A DNA stretch of 63,261 bases, filler included, from Stramenopiles sp. TOSAG23-2 (taxonomy: Eukaryota), in NCBI GenBank assembly GCA_900128395.1. It is 8 parts of 8 records of this genome, joined end to end, with 100 filler letters (N's around TTAATTAATTAA, not from the genome) between each part and the next. Parts side by side here need not be neighbours in the genome. Positions count along the whole stretch, not along the records: positions 1 to 26,638 come from LT649429.1; 7 more parts are not named here. One strand, given 5' to 3'. The notes under the pieces were generated by a model, which was given only the letters and a program-made list of their open reading frames with translations, had not been told where the DNA came from and made no database searches. Positions 1 to 11,857 of the stretch are shown one piece after another (position 1 is the first letter of the stretch; each line of letters starts with the position of its first letter). The position numbers and the translations under genes were made by a program.

Positions 1-123
1 ATTTTTTGGTCTATAACCCTAAACTAACCCGATCTTGAAAATCACATATCGGTGTCAAGCTCGACTTATATCCGGTGTATGGACAGGGGAACGATCGAAT
101 ATTGTTTAGGGGATCAGTATACG

Positions 124-2300
124 ACTTTTAGGTATTGGTTTCAGCTTTGTATATAATGGGAAAGTGTAGAAATGGCACTTTTAGGTATTGGTTTCAGCTT
201 TGTATATAATGGGAAAGTGTAGAAATGGCATTTGTGTGAGTGTATGTTGGTGCTGAAAAATAGAGTGAGAGGTCCCGTCATGTACGGGTATGACCCCGCA
301 ATGCTGAGTAGTGCTAGCATCTCTAACCCTAACGTAAATGATCAAAATGCACGATATTTTTAGTAAGCATGGTTCTACATTTAAACTCGCAAGACCACGA
401 CCTACAATTATTGTATACGTGATAAATAACGGATATGCAACGTTTCAAAGTCTAATTTGAATAACTTCAATGAAAATTTTCAACGTTTCATGATTTTCAC
501 CATTTACATGGAAAAGTGCTCTAATACTAACTCCATGCTAACGTACAATTAAAATTTTTTTTCCAGCACTTTTCTTTAAAAACATAATTATACATGTAAA
601 CGCTCAGAGAAAAGTTAAATATATCACCTAAGATATAGAAACTACGACATTTTATCAAAATTTTTTATGTTTCGTGTTCCAAACAAAGATTTCTAGATGC
701 TAGCATCTCTAACCCTAACGTAAATGATCAAAATGCACGATAATTTTAGTAAGCATGGTTCTACTGCTAAACTCGCAAGACCACGACCTACAGTCAGTGT
801 ATATATAATAAGTAATAGATATGCAACGTTTCAAGGTCTAATTTTAATAACTTCAATGAAAGTTTTCAACCTTTCATGATTTCCACCATTTCGGTCAAAA
901 AGGCTCTAATACTAACTCCATGCTAACGTGCGATTAAACTTTTTTTTCCAGCACTTTTCTTTAAAAATATAATAATACATGTAAACGCTCAGAGAAAAGT
1001 TAAATATATCACCTACCATATAGAATCTATGACAATTTATCAAAATTTTTTATGTTTCATGTTCAGAATGAAGATTTCTAGCTCCTGTTAGAATTGTTGT
1101 GATTCAAAATCGATTTGGATTTCTAGGCCTTTTTCAAGCATGTGAAAATGCATTGCAAAATGGGGTATAATTGACACAATATATCTCCAGTCAATCAAGA
1201 TATTAATACAAAAATAGGTTCGATTTTCATTTTTACATGTATAAAGCCAAACCTAAGAGTAAGTTGATGACAACTGAGTGTTAGGAACATACTTTTCTAA
1301 CAACGTTTCAATTGCATGTCAAAGTGCCCTTACTATTAAATAGGCTTGTAAAACCTTAATAAAAGTGACCAAAAATGTGCATTTTTTAGTGAAAATTCAC
1401 TTTGGGTCTAGCGTTTCATGTAAATGTAATATTTATTTTGGTTGGAGTTTAGAGATACAAGTTATACATATAAAGAGAGGTACACTTACTATGGAATAGG
1501 CTTGTAAAACCTTAATAAAAGTGTCAAAAAATATACACTTTTTAGTGAAAATTCATTTTGGGTCTAGCGTTTCATGTAAATATAATATTTATTTTGGTTG
1601 GAGTTTAGAGATCCAAGTTATATATATGAAATAAGGATGTGGAAGTTTATATGACTTATAAATATTAGGAATGATGTTGTGAGACGTATTGCAAATTTTA
1701 TATATTTGATAAAATTTCTCATTTTTTGTACCCATATTGGCGGAACTTTTAATATATGGAAATAGCATTGTTAAAAGTAATATTTATTTTGGTTGGAGTT
1801 TAGAGATACAAGTTATATATATAAAGAAAGGATGTGGAACTTTATATACGTTAAAAATGTTAGGAATGATATTTGAAGACGTAATGCAATTTTTGCATAT
1901 CTGATGAAATTTCTCAATTTCGTACCCATTTTGGCGGAACTTTTAAAAATGAAAATAAAATTGGCAAAAATATTCGTGTTTGAGGTGTTATATAATCGTA
2001 GTATAACTTTGGTAGTCTTATTTACATAATTTTGTTAGAGTACTTAAAACTATAGTATGGAGATTTTTTGTAATATACTACCAACTACAATGTACTATTT
2101 AAACTATTACTAATTAAAATCTGTTCGAAATTTTTTCGATTTTTGTTAGAGTACTTAAAACTATAGTATGGAGATTTTTTGTTATTTTCTATAGTATGAT
2201 AATTGTCCCTAGGAAGTTTTTTTTAATATATGGAAATAGCATTGTTAAAATAGCATAGACACAGGCCTTTCAACATTTTGTAAATTGTGTTTTTCTGCCA
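124..2300. repeat. Gene-free region made of nested, diverged tandem duplications
   Basis: 53-bp unit x2 (124-176, 177-230); ~386-bp unit x2 (312-697, 698-1081); further duplicated blocks around 1338-1470/1495-1630/1775-1830, 1635-1765/1830-1950 and 2030-2070/2141-2182. No ORF of 60 aa or more. Confidence 0.85.
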
Positions 2301-2692
2301 CGTTTTCTGTTTTTCATTTCCTATCATATTTATACTTAATGTAGTCCTTTTCATATACTCAGTAGATTTGTAGTGTTTGATATATTTGATAGAACAGATT
2401 AGGTATTTTTTGTACTTGAGAGAAGGCTTTTTGAAATTATATTAATTTCAATAATTAGCACCATGGATTTAGTCGGTAGCCAGGTAGCCAGGTAGCACGG
2501 AAGAAAAAAAAAAAAAAAAAGTTCTTTGCACCTTTCGTACTTTCTTCTTCTTCAATTCATTCAAATCTATCAAAAATAAAAAAAAAAAAATAAATAATAC
2601 GAGCACAGTAAATGAAGTAGTTAGCAAATATATGCATGCAGGGCTTTCTGAGGTAGATCGAAAATTGCATTTCCTGAAAAACAATAATATCG

Positions 2693-3808
2693 ATGAATAA
2701 ATTTATTGTATCAATTATAATATTGTCCACGTTGACAATCACATATGTGAGTGGTGATTATTCAAACCTAAAAATTAAATTAACAATAGCAAGTTGTCCA
2801 TCCCCATTTTCAGGTAAAGGCAACGTGGTGGAATTAAGATTTAATAATAATGATGCACAAGTAAATTTTAAAGTAAAAGAAAAATTTAATTTTCCAGATA
2901 AAATTGATGATGCTTGTCCAGTTATGGAAACTTCTATTATGGCAAATCAAGAAAACAAAACTGTTCTTAGTTTTACAACAGAATGGGGGTTGTTGTCTGT
3001 CATAGATATTAATACAGGGAATTTAACAAGCTTTGCAAAGGGATCTTCAGCAGATCAATATTTATTTGATGGTTTTACCTCTATGAAAATAGCAACAAAT
3101 TTCCAAGATATTCTTGGCGTAACACCGCATGTAACACAAGATGGATTCTGTTCAGATGGTTGCTTTAGATTCGGCATGCAAAATATACAAACGGGTGTAT
3201 TTTCAGCACTCGAAGGTAACGGTCCTGGCGGTGCATTACCTTTTAAAGCATCTTCCAGTCAAACTTCATATCATGATGAGAGCAATGATATTTTTTATAT
3301 TCAAGGGTCTTACCCATTGAATTCAATGGCCAGTTGTAATTCAGATGAAACGACTGATTGTCTATTGGCCATAGATACAAAACTTGGAAAATTAATAAGT
3401 AGTAAATTATTACCTGAAAATATTGTTGTTTATAAATATCATTCTAATAACTCTAGTGCATCAAATGTACTTGCATTTGTATTTGGTTTTGAAAAAATAT
3501 GTAATCATCCATATCAATCATATGCTTTTGTTCATTTAGATTTAACAAATTCCAAAATTATTGGTAAACCAGTTTGCATGGCAAAATCCATTACCGTGCA
3601 TCAAAAACCAGAAATGGGAGCATTTAGTAATGATGGCAAATACTTTGCATTAGCAAATGGCGATACGGAAGGAAGTGCATTTCAGTTCTTATTATTTGAT
3701 ACCGAAACTGGAGATGCTGTTGTAAATTCTGAATTAATAGGATTAAAAAAAGCTTTACATGTGAGCAATGAAGTTCCATTAATGCAAGTATGGGGGATTT
3801 CATCATAA
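2693..3808 (+). CDS. Secreted protein of unknown function (possibly beta-propeller-like)
   Basis: 371-aa ORF with an N-terminal signal peptide (MNKFIVSIIILSTLTITYVSG), beta-strand-rich, and an FSNDGKYFAL propeller-like motif. Confidence 0.75.
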   Translation: MNKFIVSIIILSTLTITYVSGDYSNLKIKLTIASCPSPFSGKGNVVELRFNNNDAQVNFKVKEKFNFPDKIDDACPVMETSIMANQENKTVLSFTTEWGLLSVIDINTGNLTSFAKGSSADQYLFDGFTSMKIATNFQDILGVTPHVTQDGFCSDGCFRFGMQNIQTGVFSALEGNGPGGALPFKASSSQTSYHDESNDIFYIQGSYPLNSMASCNSDETTDCLLAIDTKLGKLISSKLLPENIVVYKYHSNNSSASNVLAFVFGFEKICNHPYQSYAFVHLDLTNSKIIGKPVCMAKSITVHQKPEMGAFSNDGKYFALANGDTEGSAFQFLLFDTETGDAVVNSELIGLKKALHVSNEVPLMQVWGISS

Positions 3809-3860
3809 AAACTAAAAGTGTAAAAATTAATTTGATATATATATAAAAAATGTTCTCTTA

Positions 3861-3901
<41 letters not shown>

Positions 3902-4329
3902 AAACCTGTGAAAATAAAAGAGCAAAATTTAATTTGATATATTATTAAACCTTGAAAATAAAAGTAAAATATATATAGAGTGTTGCACTGCTGTGAGATG
4001 ACCTTGCTGGCTTGCCATGGCTTGCCCAGGCTTTTGTATTTTTTTTATAATTTTCGTTCCAACCACCATTCTATTATTAATACCATCGGACAACAAAAGA
4101 AAAAATACAGTATTATAATATCTTCTTACAAACTATTATGAAGAGGATCGTATCCTCTCTATTATACAAACCATCATATGTCAAATAAGATAAAATAATT
4201 ATATTGCATAATATATTTTGCTGTTATTATTAGACGAGAGACTCACCAGCAGTGTTACTACGTTACTTTTGCTTCAAAATTTCTATTATAGTATTATTAC
4301 ATTTTTTTTAACAAACACAAAATGACAAC

Positions 4330-5781
4330 ATGTCACGTGTAATATTAATAAATAATCAAACAGCTGGAAACAACAAGAAAAAAATATTCCAATATAAAGT
4401 CGAAACACGTCATGCAACAGACCAAAATTTTCAACTGTGTGAAAAGGAGTTTCGAAATAATTTCGCTGTCGGAGTTGAATTAGGTGCACAACTTACAATA
4501 TACCACAAGGGTAAAGTTGTTGTAGACTTGGCAGGTAAAGTTTTGGAAAAACCGTATAAACCCGAGAAAAAAACAAATGAAATTGGAGATAAATGTATTA
4601 ACAACGAAAATAGAGAGTTAATGGCTACAATCATAGAATATTCACACCAGTCTTTGCAGACGGTATATTCATCTACTAAAAATTTAACTGCTATGTGTGT
4701 TGCAAAGTGTGTGGAAAAAGGTCATTTCTTATATAACGACAAAGTTTGTAAACATTGGCCTGAATTTGGAAATAATGGAAAGGAAAATATAACTATTGCT
4801 GATGTTTTGAGACACGATGCTGGGTTGTTTCGATTTCATAGGCAAGGAAAGCCTAAAGATGTGATGGACCAAAAGAAGATGTTTAAATTGATTGAAGATT
4901 CACCACTGAACTATTTTAAATCAGTACATACGCCAAGACCAGAATCATTTATTGCTCCGCCTGCAGATGGTAAACGTCGTGGATATCATGGTGTTTCAAG
5001 AGGGTGTATTTTGGGTTGCTTGATACAAAAAGTGGATGGCCGAGAACTTCAACAATTTTTCAAAGAGGAAATAGTTAATTTATTGCCAGAAAAATTGAAC
5101 GGAAATGTATATATTTCACAAACAGAGGAAGAGCAAAAGAAACACCATTTCGCTGATATGGCCCCATATCAATCTCGGTGGTGCCAAACTGATCCAGATA
5201 TTGGTTTATATCTTGGTGGTGGAAAAATGGCAAAATTTGCAAAGGAAAATCAACGTGATGGATCGATTTTTTTAATGAATAGTGTAAGTTTTGGTTTTCC
5301 GAATTCAGTCATGTCACGCGCGTTAACAATTGGTAGTGCTTCGGGTACTTGTAATGCCTTTGGTTTGGGAACATTAGCAGCTGTAATGGCAGGTAAAGGC
5401 ACATTAAATGGCGTACAAATTTTGTCGGAGGAAACATATGATCTTGCACATTCGGCTATCACGCAAAAATATGATGATGTTTTATTAGAAGAAGAAAGAT
5501 TTGCTCAAGGTGGGTTTGCAGAATTTCGTTTGACACATTTGTCTCGTGAAACTTCAGAGGGACGTGGATCTTTAATCGGAGGTGCTAATAATTTTGGTTT
5601 AAAAGGTTCCTTTTATGGCTGGGGAGGCAGTGGTGGTAGTGCTTTTTGTTGGAGTCCAGAATATGAAATAGGATTTGCATATACTATGAATGGCATGGCA
5701 AGTTTTACATTAGGCGGCCCAAGAACTACCCGGATCTTTAATGGGTTGTTTGAAAGTTTAAAACAAATGGGTTATGAATAA
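4330..5781 (+). CDS. Beta-lactamase family serine hydrolase (family VIII esterase-like)
   Basis: SxxK motif (YSSTK), GKENITIADVLRHDAGL, catalytic Tyr region (GYHG) and C-terminal GWGGSGGS motif. Confidence 0.9.
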   Translation: MSRVILINNQTAGNNKKKIFQYKVETRHATDQNFQLCEKEFRNNFAVGVELGAQLTIYHKGKVVVDLAGKVLEKPYKPEKKTNEIGDKCINNENRELMATIIEYSHQSLQTVYSSTKNLTAMCVAKCVEKGHFLYNDKVCKHWPEFGNNGKENITIADVLRHDAGLFRFHRQGKPKDVMDQKKMFKLIEDSPLNYFKSVHTPRPESFIAPPADGKRRGYHGVSRGCILGCLIQKVDGRELQQFFKEEIVNLLPEKLNGNVYISQTEEEQKKHHFADMAPYQSRWCQTDPDIGLYLGGGKMAKFAKENQRDGSIFLMNSVSFGFPNSVMSRALTIGSASGTCNAFGLGTLAAVMAGKGTLNGVQILSEETYDLAHSAITQKYDDVLLEEERFAQGGFAEFRLTHLSRETSEGRGSLIGGANNFGLKGSFYGWGGSGGSAFCWSPEYEIGFAYTMNGMASFTLGGPRTTRIFNGLFESLKQMGYE

Positions 5782-6223
5782 AATATGTTTTTATCATATT
5801 ATTTTTTTATATAATATTCGTACGCATATTAATATTTTTTTTTTGTTTTTTAAAAAATATTTTAAAATAAATACGGTGGTTCGTATAATAATTTTTTTAG
5901 TTTACGCATAATTTATTTGATACTTGTATAAAAATGAATATCATAATTTTTAATTTATGCAATAATTTATTTTATATATATATGATACGTCGTAAAATTT
6001 ATACCAGGTAATGATAAAATATAAAAGAAATAATTTTAATGATTTGTGCACTCAACCATCATTTCTATAATTATCAAAAAATATAAAAAATTGAAACAAA
6101 AGAAAAAATTAATATTAATACACGGTTCGTAATATTTATATTATTTTTTACAAAAATACTTTGAGAGATATTATTAAAATTTTTATACTTTTCGGTATTT
6201 TTATATATTTGCCTTCCACCAGT

Positions 6224-9200
6224 TTAAGCTTTATTGCCTTCATAGAAATGCAACCCGGCTTCCAATTGAAGAGTTATACCATCAATAGATACATCGTATT
6301 TTCCAGATTTTGGCAAACTAGCTTTTGATGCAAGATAATTTTTTACCTTTGCAACAGTTTCATCTGAACCGTTTGCACCAAGAGCTTCCTTTAAAGTTGC
6401 ATCTGCTGCAAATCGAACGGAATCTGCTCTTGTCAAGGAAATCTCAATATTAGCTTCCCCAATTTCGCATAACTCACTGCCAATCACCACTTCATGTGAT
6501 TGTTTACTTGCAAAAGGTTTTAACGAAGTACGAATGGTTTCAACAATTAATGCTTCCCTATCTTGAATAGCTACTTGAACTTTACTTGACTCAGCACCTT
6601 CTGATAATGAGTAAAATACATTGACCTCATCGCTTACATCCAAACCAATATTTTTACGGATTTTCTGTATTCTGTTCATAACTTCACGTGCTAGATATGT
6701 CTTACGCATTTCATCATCAATGCGAAGATCAATAATCAAAACAATATCTCCAAGCTTTGTTGAATCTGCTTCGTAAATAGATCTATCCCCTGAAAATTCA
6801 CGAGTGATGATCAATTCACCAGCAAGAATAGTTTCTCCTTCAATTTCTACTTGACCATTCTTTTCATACTCAACAACTTGTTCATGTGTCAATTTCGATT
6901 TTTCATACTCCGCAATTTCTTCTTTGGACAACTTTGGTTTGCCTTTCTTTGCTTTGTACTTTTGCCCATCAACATAATTACGTACTTTGCCGAAGTTTTT
7001 ACCTAATCTCTTGCCCAATTTTTTACCATCGGTACGAGCGGAAAATTTACACCATTTACTTTCGTCATCAGTCGTTTCAACATTCATAACATTTAATTCT
7101 TGATACAAATATTTTTCCAATTTCTTACATGCAGCTAATTTCTTTTGATCACGACTTACAATGATAACGTTTTTCAATGGCATTTTCATGGAAATTTTTT
7201 TCTTTTCCCTTACAATGCGGCCAAGGTCAATAACTTCCTGTAAGCATTCAACTTGCGCTTCAATCTCCCCATCTAAACGGGTAGGATCAAAACTAGGAAC
7301 GTCTTGAAAATGGACACTGGCAGTTGGATCCATTGTTTTTTCACTTGCACGTTCAGTTGCAAATCCACCAAGAATTCTCAAATGTTGATATAAATATTCC
7401 GCGAAAAATGGTGTAAATGGCCCCATTAATCTAGCTAAAGTCATCAAAACATCATATAATGTTGATAATGCTTTACCAGTATCTTCAGGGCCTTCCGAAC
7501 CCTTCAATCTTGCTCTGTTCAAACGTACGTACCATTTTGTCAATTGTTCAATGTATCTAACAAGCCCAGGAACAACAGTGTACAAGCGATATGCACCCAT
7601 TTCCTCATGTACATATTTAATTAAGTTGTGTAACGATGCTTGGATCCAAAAGTCCATCAAATTGGTAGATGAGCGTGCTAGTTCAGATGTCGGTGTAAAC
7701 GATTTACCTGTTTCCTTTTGCATGCGTTCAACATTTTGAAATAAGAAACGGAAAGCATTATACCATGGTAAAAATAAATTTCGTAGTACAGCTTCCACAC
7801 CTTCATCTTTGAACTTTAATGCTTCTGCTCTTACGACTGGCGAATCAATCAAATACAAACGCAATGCATCTGCACCATGTTTATCGACTATGATAGTTGG
7901 AGAAGTGTAATTTTTCAATCGTTTACTCATTTTTTTCCCATCTTCAGCCAATACTAAACCGTTAACAACTAAATTTTTAAATGCCGGTTTATCAAAAAGG
8001 GCAGTTGCAATAACCATCAAAGTGTAAAACCAACCACGGGTTTGATCAAGACCTTCAGCAATAAAATCAGCTGGAAAACCTTTTTCAAATTTTTCCTTAT
8101 TTTCAAATGGATAATGTTGTTGTGCGTATGGCATACTACCACTTTCAAACCAACAATCAAGCACTTCTGGCACACGACGCAAAAGACCTTTTCCTTGTTG
8201 CGATGGAATTGTTAAATCATCAATATTTTCACGATGAATATCTTCGATTTTTTTGCCAGTCAATTTTTCCAACTCTTCAATGGAACCGACACAAATGGCT
8301 TCTTCACCATCGTCACTCACCCAAATAGGCAGTGGTGTACCCCAATATCGATTACGACTTACGCACCAATCACGTGCATTCACAAGCCAATTATGGAAAC
8401 GACCTTCTTTCACATTGCGTGGTACCCAATACGTCCCTTCCGTATTGTTTTTAACAAGCTTGTCTTTAATAGAGGTAACATTAATGAACCAACTTGGAAT
8501 GACACGGTAAATCAATGGTGTATCAGATCTCCAGCAAAATGGATAACTATGCTTTACTGCACTTTTTTTAATCAATCTTCCAGCTGCTTTTAATTTAGCA
8601 CAGATATTCTCATCAGCTGCTTTCACATGCTGCCCAACAAAATCTGGAACTTCATCTGTAAATTTACCATTAGCATCTAATGGACATGGTACGGGCTCAC
8701 CTTTTTTAATGACACCATGTGCCATGCAAACGCGGTAATCATCCTCCCCAAATGCAGGAGCTTGATGTACAATTCCAGTACCATCCCCATCGGTTACATA
8801 GGTATCGTTACAAACAACGAATGAGCCTTGCCCTTTACGGCTACTAAAGTAATCGAATAATGGAACATACTCTATGCCTTTTAGCGCGGAACCTTTGACT
8901 TTCTCCAAAATTTCAAATTCACCACCTTTGTATTTTTTTCCTTTCTTTACTCCTGGATACATTTCAACTAAACGAGTTCCCATCATGTAATATACTTTAC
9001 CACTTTTAATGTCTTTAAATTTGACATATTCCAAGTCTGGATGCACGCATAATGCCAAGTTACTTGGCAAGGTCCAAGGTGTAGTAGTCCATGCAAGAAA
9101 TGCTTCATTAGGATCTTTCACCAATGGAAACGATACAACAACTGCAGGATCATTCACATCCTTGTAATTTTGAGATGCTTCGAAATTGGATAATGGACTG

Positions 9201-9772
9201 TTTAATGTCGTACTGTATGGCATAACTTTAAAGCCTTTGTAAATCAAGTCTTTGTCCCACATGGTTTTAAAAACCCACCATACGCTTTCCATGTACCATG
9301 GCTCCATAGTTTTGTAATCATTTTCCATATCAATCCAACGTCCTAAACGATTGACCATAATGGCCCATTCTTTGCAGTAACGTGTAACGATACCGCGACA
9401 TTCTGCATTATATGCACGAATACCCATTTTCTCAACGTCCTCTTTGCCTTGGATACCAAGCTTTTTATCAATTTCAAATTCAACAGGTACACCATGGCAA
9501 TCCCAACCGAAACGCCTTTCAACATTATGTCCAGTTTGATGTGCCCACCTAGTAACGGTATCTTTAATAGTACCTGCTAAGATATGTCCATAATGCGGTA
9601 AACCAGTTGCAAAAGGAGGACCATCATAAAAGGTATATAAAGGCTTATCTTTGTTGATTTCCAATGATGTTTTAAATGCATCAATATTTTTCCAAAATTC
9701 TAAAGTTTTTGCTTCCTCTGCTGCAAAATCTAGTTTTTCTGGTATTTTTGTAATTTTGCGTAATTCTGCCAT
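6224..9772 (-). CDS. IARS1: Isoleucyl-tRNA synthetase, cytosolic type
   Basis: FYDGPPFATGLPHYGH (HIGH), WTTTPWTLPSN, DWCVSRNRYWGTP, EGLDQTRGWFY and KMSKR motifs; 1182 aa, intronless. Confidence 0.98.
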   Translation of the reverse strand: MAELRKITKIPEKLDFAAEEAKTLEFWKNIDAFKTSLEINKDKPLYTFYDGPPFATGLPHYGHILAGTIKDTVTRWAHQTGHNVERRFGWDCHGVPVEFEIDKKLGIQGKEDVEKMGIRAYNAECRGIVTRYCKEWAIMVNRLGRWIDMENDYKTMEPWYMESVWWVFKTMWDKDLIYKGFKVMPYSTTLNSPLSNFEASQNYKDVNDPAVVVSFPLVKDPNEAFLAWTTTPWTLPSNLALCVHPDLEYVKFKDIKSGKVYYMMGTRLVEMYPGVKKGKKYKGGEFEILEKVKGSALKGIEYVPLFDYFSSRKGQGSFVVCNDTYVTDGDGTGIVHQAPAFGEDDYRVCMAHGVIKKGEPVPCPLDANGKFTDEVPDFVGQHVKAADENICAKLKAAGRLIKKSAVKHSYPFCWRSDTPLIYRVIPSWFINVTSIKDKLVKNNTEGTYWVPRNVKEGRFHNWLVNARDWCVSRNRYWGTPLPIWVSDDGEEAICVGSIEELEKLTGKKIEDIHRENIDDLTIPSQQGKGLLRRVPEVLDCWFESGSMPYAQQHYPFENKEKFEKGFPADFIAEGLDQTRGWFYTLMVIATALFDKPAFKNLVVNGLVLAEDGKKMSKRLKNYTSPTIIVDKHGADALRLYLIDSPVVRAEALKFKDEGVEAVLRNLFLPWYNAFRFLFQNVERMQKETGKSFTPTSELARSSTNLMDFWIQASLHNLIKYVHEEMGAYRLYTVVPGLVRYIEQLTKWYVRLNRARLKGSEGPEDTGKALSTLYDVLMTLARLMGPFTPFFAEYLYQHLRILGGFATERASEKTMDPTASVHFQDVPSFDPTRLDGEIEAQVECLQEVIDLGRIVREKKKISMKMPLKNVIIVSRDQKKLAACKKLEKYLYQELNVMNVETTDDESKWCKFSARTDGKKLGKRLGKNFGKVRNYVDGQKYKAKKGKPKLSKEEIAEYEKSKLTHEQVVEYEKNGQVEIEGETILAGELIITREFSGDRSIYEADSTKLGDIVLIIDLRIDDEMRKTYLAREVMNRIQKIRKNIGLDVSDEVNVFYSLSEGAESSKVQVAIQDREALIVETIRTSLKPFASKQSHEVVIGSELCEIGEANIEISLTRADSVRFAADATLKEALGANGSDETVAKVKNYLASKASLPKSGKYDVSIDGITLQLEAGLHFYEGNKA

Positions 9773-10094
9773 TTTTTTAAAAAAAATCTTTCTTATATTA
9801 TATTTATATATTTGTGTGTATATATATATATATATATATGTATTTAATATTGAAAAGAAAATGAAAGAATCGAAATGTCTCTCTCTCTTTTGTTATTATA
9901 TTTAAATTTTTGGATAAGATATGTCATTAAAAAAAATACATATTCAATATATTCATCTATGATTCATTTTTTCTATAATTACCATTAATTGTACAAAAAT
10001 ATTAGTCTATATTTATATTGAAGAAGAAAATATGTGGCCACCACAAGAAACAAATTAGATCACGCGTCTTTTCTTCTGTTCACACAAGAAAATG

Positions 10095-10294
10095 TAAGAT
10101 AATAGTAAGATAGTGCTAGAGGGGTGAAGAGTGGATGCTCTAATGATGTGTGCCTGCTGCGCTAAGCACTTTTGGCATAGCACGGTGGTTATTCTAAGAT
10201 AATAGTAAGATAGTGCTAGAGGGGTGAAGAGTGGATGCTCTAATGATGTGTGCCTGCTGCGCTAAGCACTTTTGGCATAGCACGGTGGTTATTC
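10095..10294. repeat. Perfect 100-bp tandem duplication
   Basis: 10095-10194 is identical to 10195-10294. Confidence 0.95.
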
Positions 10295-11857
10295 GATTTG
10301 TACTATTTAGTATATCATTTTTGATAGGTATTTGGGTTTTACCTTGGCAAAAACAAAAAAAAAAACATCATTAGGTGATAAAAAACACTTTTTCACGGAA
10401 ATTACACAGTTGCACACACTCATTAGTGCCATAGATTTTCAATTTCTACAATGTAACAGACAAAACAAATTACAGAATCGACCGATTACATATCATTGAT
10501 ATCATTTTAGCACAAATTAACATACCGTATGTCTATGATTGCCATTGCTGTGTATTTTTATGCAAGTAAGACAACATAGGTGAAAAAGAGCTTATTTTCT
10601 CGTGAAATTAGCACATTGTGAAAGCAAAAATAAAGACAATCTCATCATATGGCAAACTAAAAATAAAGACCATTTTGCCGTATTCAGCAGATGGTTTCTA
10701 TTTCATGTTAATATGATGTCGATGTGGTTATTGAATGCATTTGGGTATATTTGATGGCAATTCAAGACATGATCAACGACTTCTTTTATACTACAAATTG
10801 ATATAAAGTAATAATAATAGGATTCCTGCTGTGTGTATATACCATTACCAAATAACACTAATAATAATAGGATTACGACATTTATCATTGTTGTCAGACA
10901 AAGCAACAAATTTTTAATGCTGTGTCTATACTATCCATAGCTTAGGAGGCTCACATCACTACAGTGTTAATCATGTGTAAAGAAATGTCAATTTGTCCAT
11001 TTTTTTTACAATAATTCAATGATACAACTAGGACATGGAGTAGTAAACTATACTAAATAAAGGCAAAATAGTATAATTATTTCTATATCTTACGGTGCGA
11101 GAATAGCTAACTCTAATTACCCTTGTCCTTATGGTAATACTGTACTTTGTGCGGTGATTTAATATTATTTTGGTCTTACGTTTTCTTTTTCAGCCAGGAA
11201 GACTTTGTACTAAATTAGGCTTTTTTGTATACTATTACCTTCCTTATTGCTATCTTCATCAAACTCAAGAAAACGAAAATGTAAGAACTATCAAAGAGGG
11301 GAAAATTATACTTAAAATTGCACTTAGATTATGATCTTACGTTTTGGACTTTTTATTCTCAAACCCTATTGTTTGATCTTACATTTTCCGAAGAATCTTT
11401 TTATTTACCTGGTATTTCCATCATACCATCTCCGGGATCTCATGTATCTTAATCTTTTATTAAAAGAATAGACGACTCACAGCTACAGTACAGTATTTTA
11501 ATCTATACTGTCTACCTGCTACCTGCTACCTGGTATGCAGGTACTGTGTATAGCAGATATAGCGCGTATACTACCACGTATGGCTTAGAGATATTTAATA
11601 TTATTTATTCCAACATATGCAACATATTACTGGATTAATATATATATTCATTATGACATATGGAAAAGGAATATATATATAATATATATATAGATATATA
11701 TAAGTGGAATAGCTTGATATCGCAATATATATATACATAGATAGAGATACAAGGCAAAAAATTGTCAGGATTGAATTATTGTTGGTAGTCATATATATAT
11801 ATATATATATATATACATGGTATATATCTATAAATAAAAATTTGAACATAAATAATA

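Noticed and set aside
14-720. TAACCCTAA as a true telomere
   Set aside because: Only isolated single units, with no tandem array.
4330-5781. Antibiotic-resistance beta-lactamase or bacterial contamination
   Set aside because: Motifs fit the widespread esterase branch (WGG), and the flanks and composition match the eukaryotic host contig.
11080-11400. A second intron-split ncRNA suggested by several minus-strand GTAAGA words
   Set aside because: Joining candidate exons gave no tRNA or snRNA structure, no B box is present, and the word occurs on both strands.
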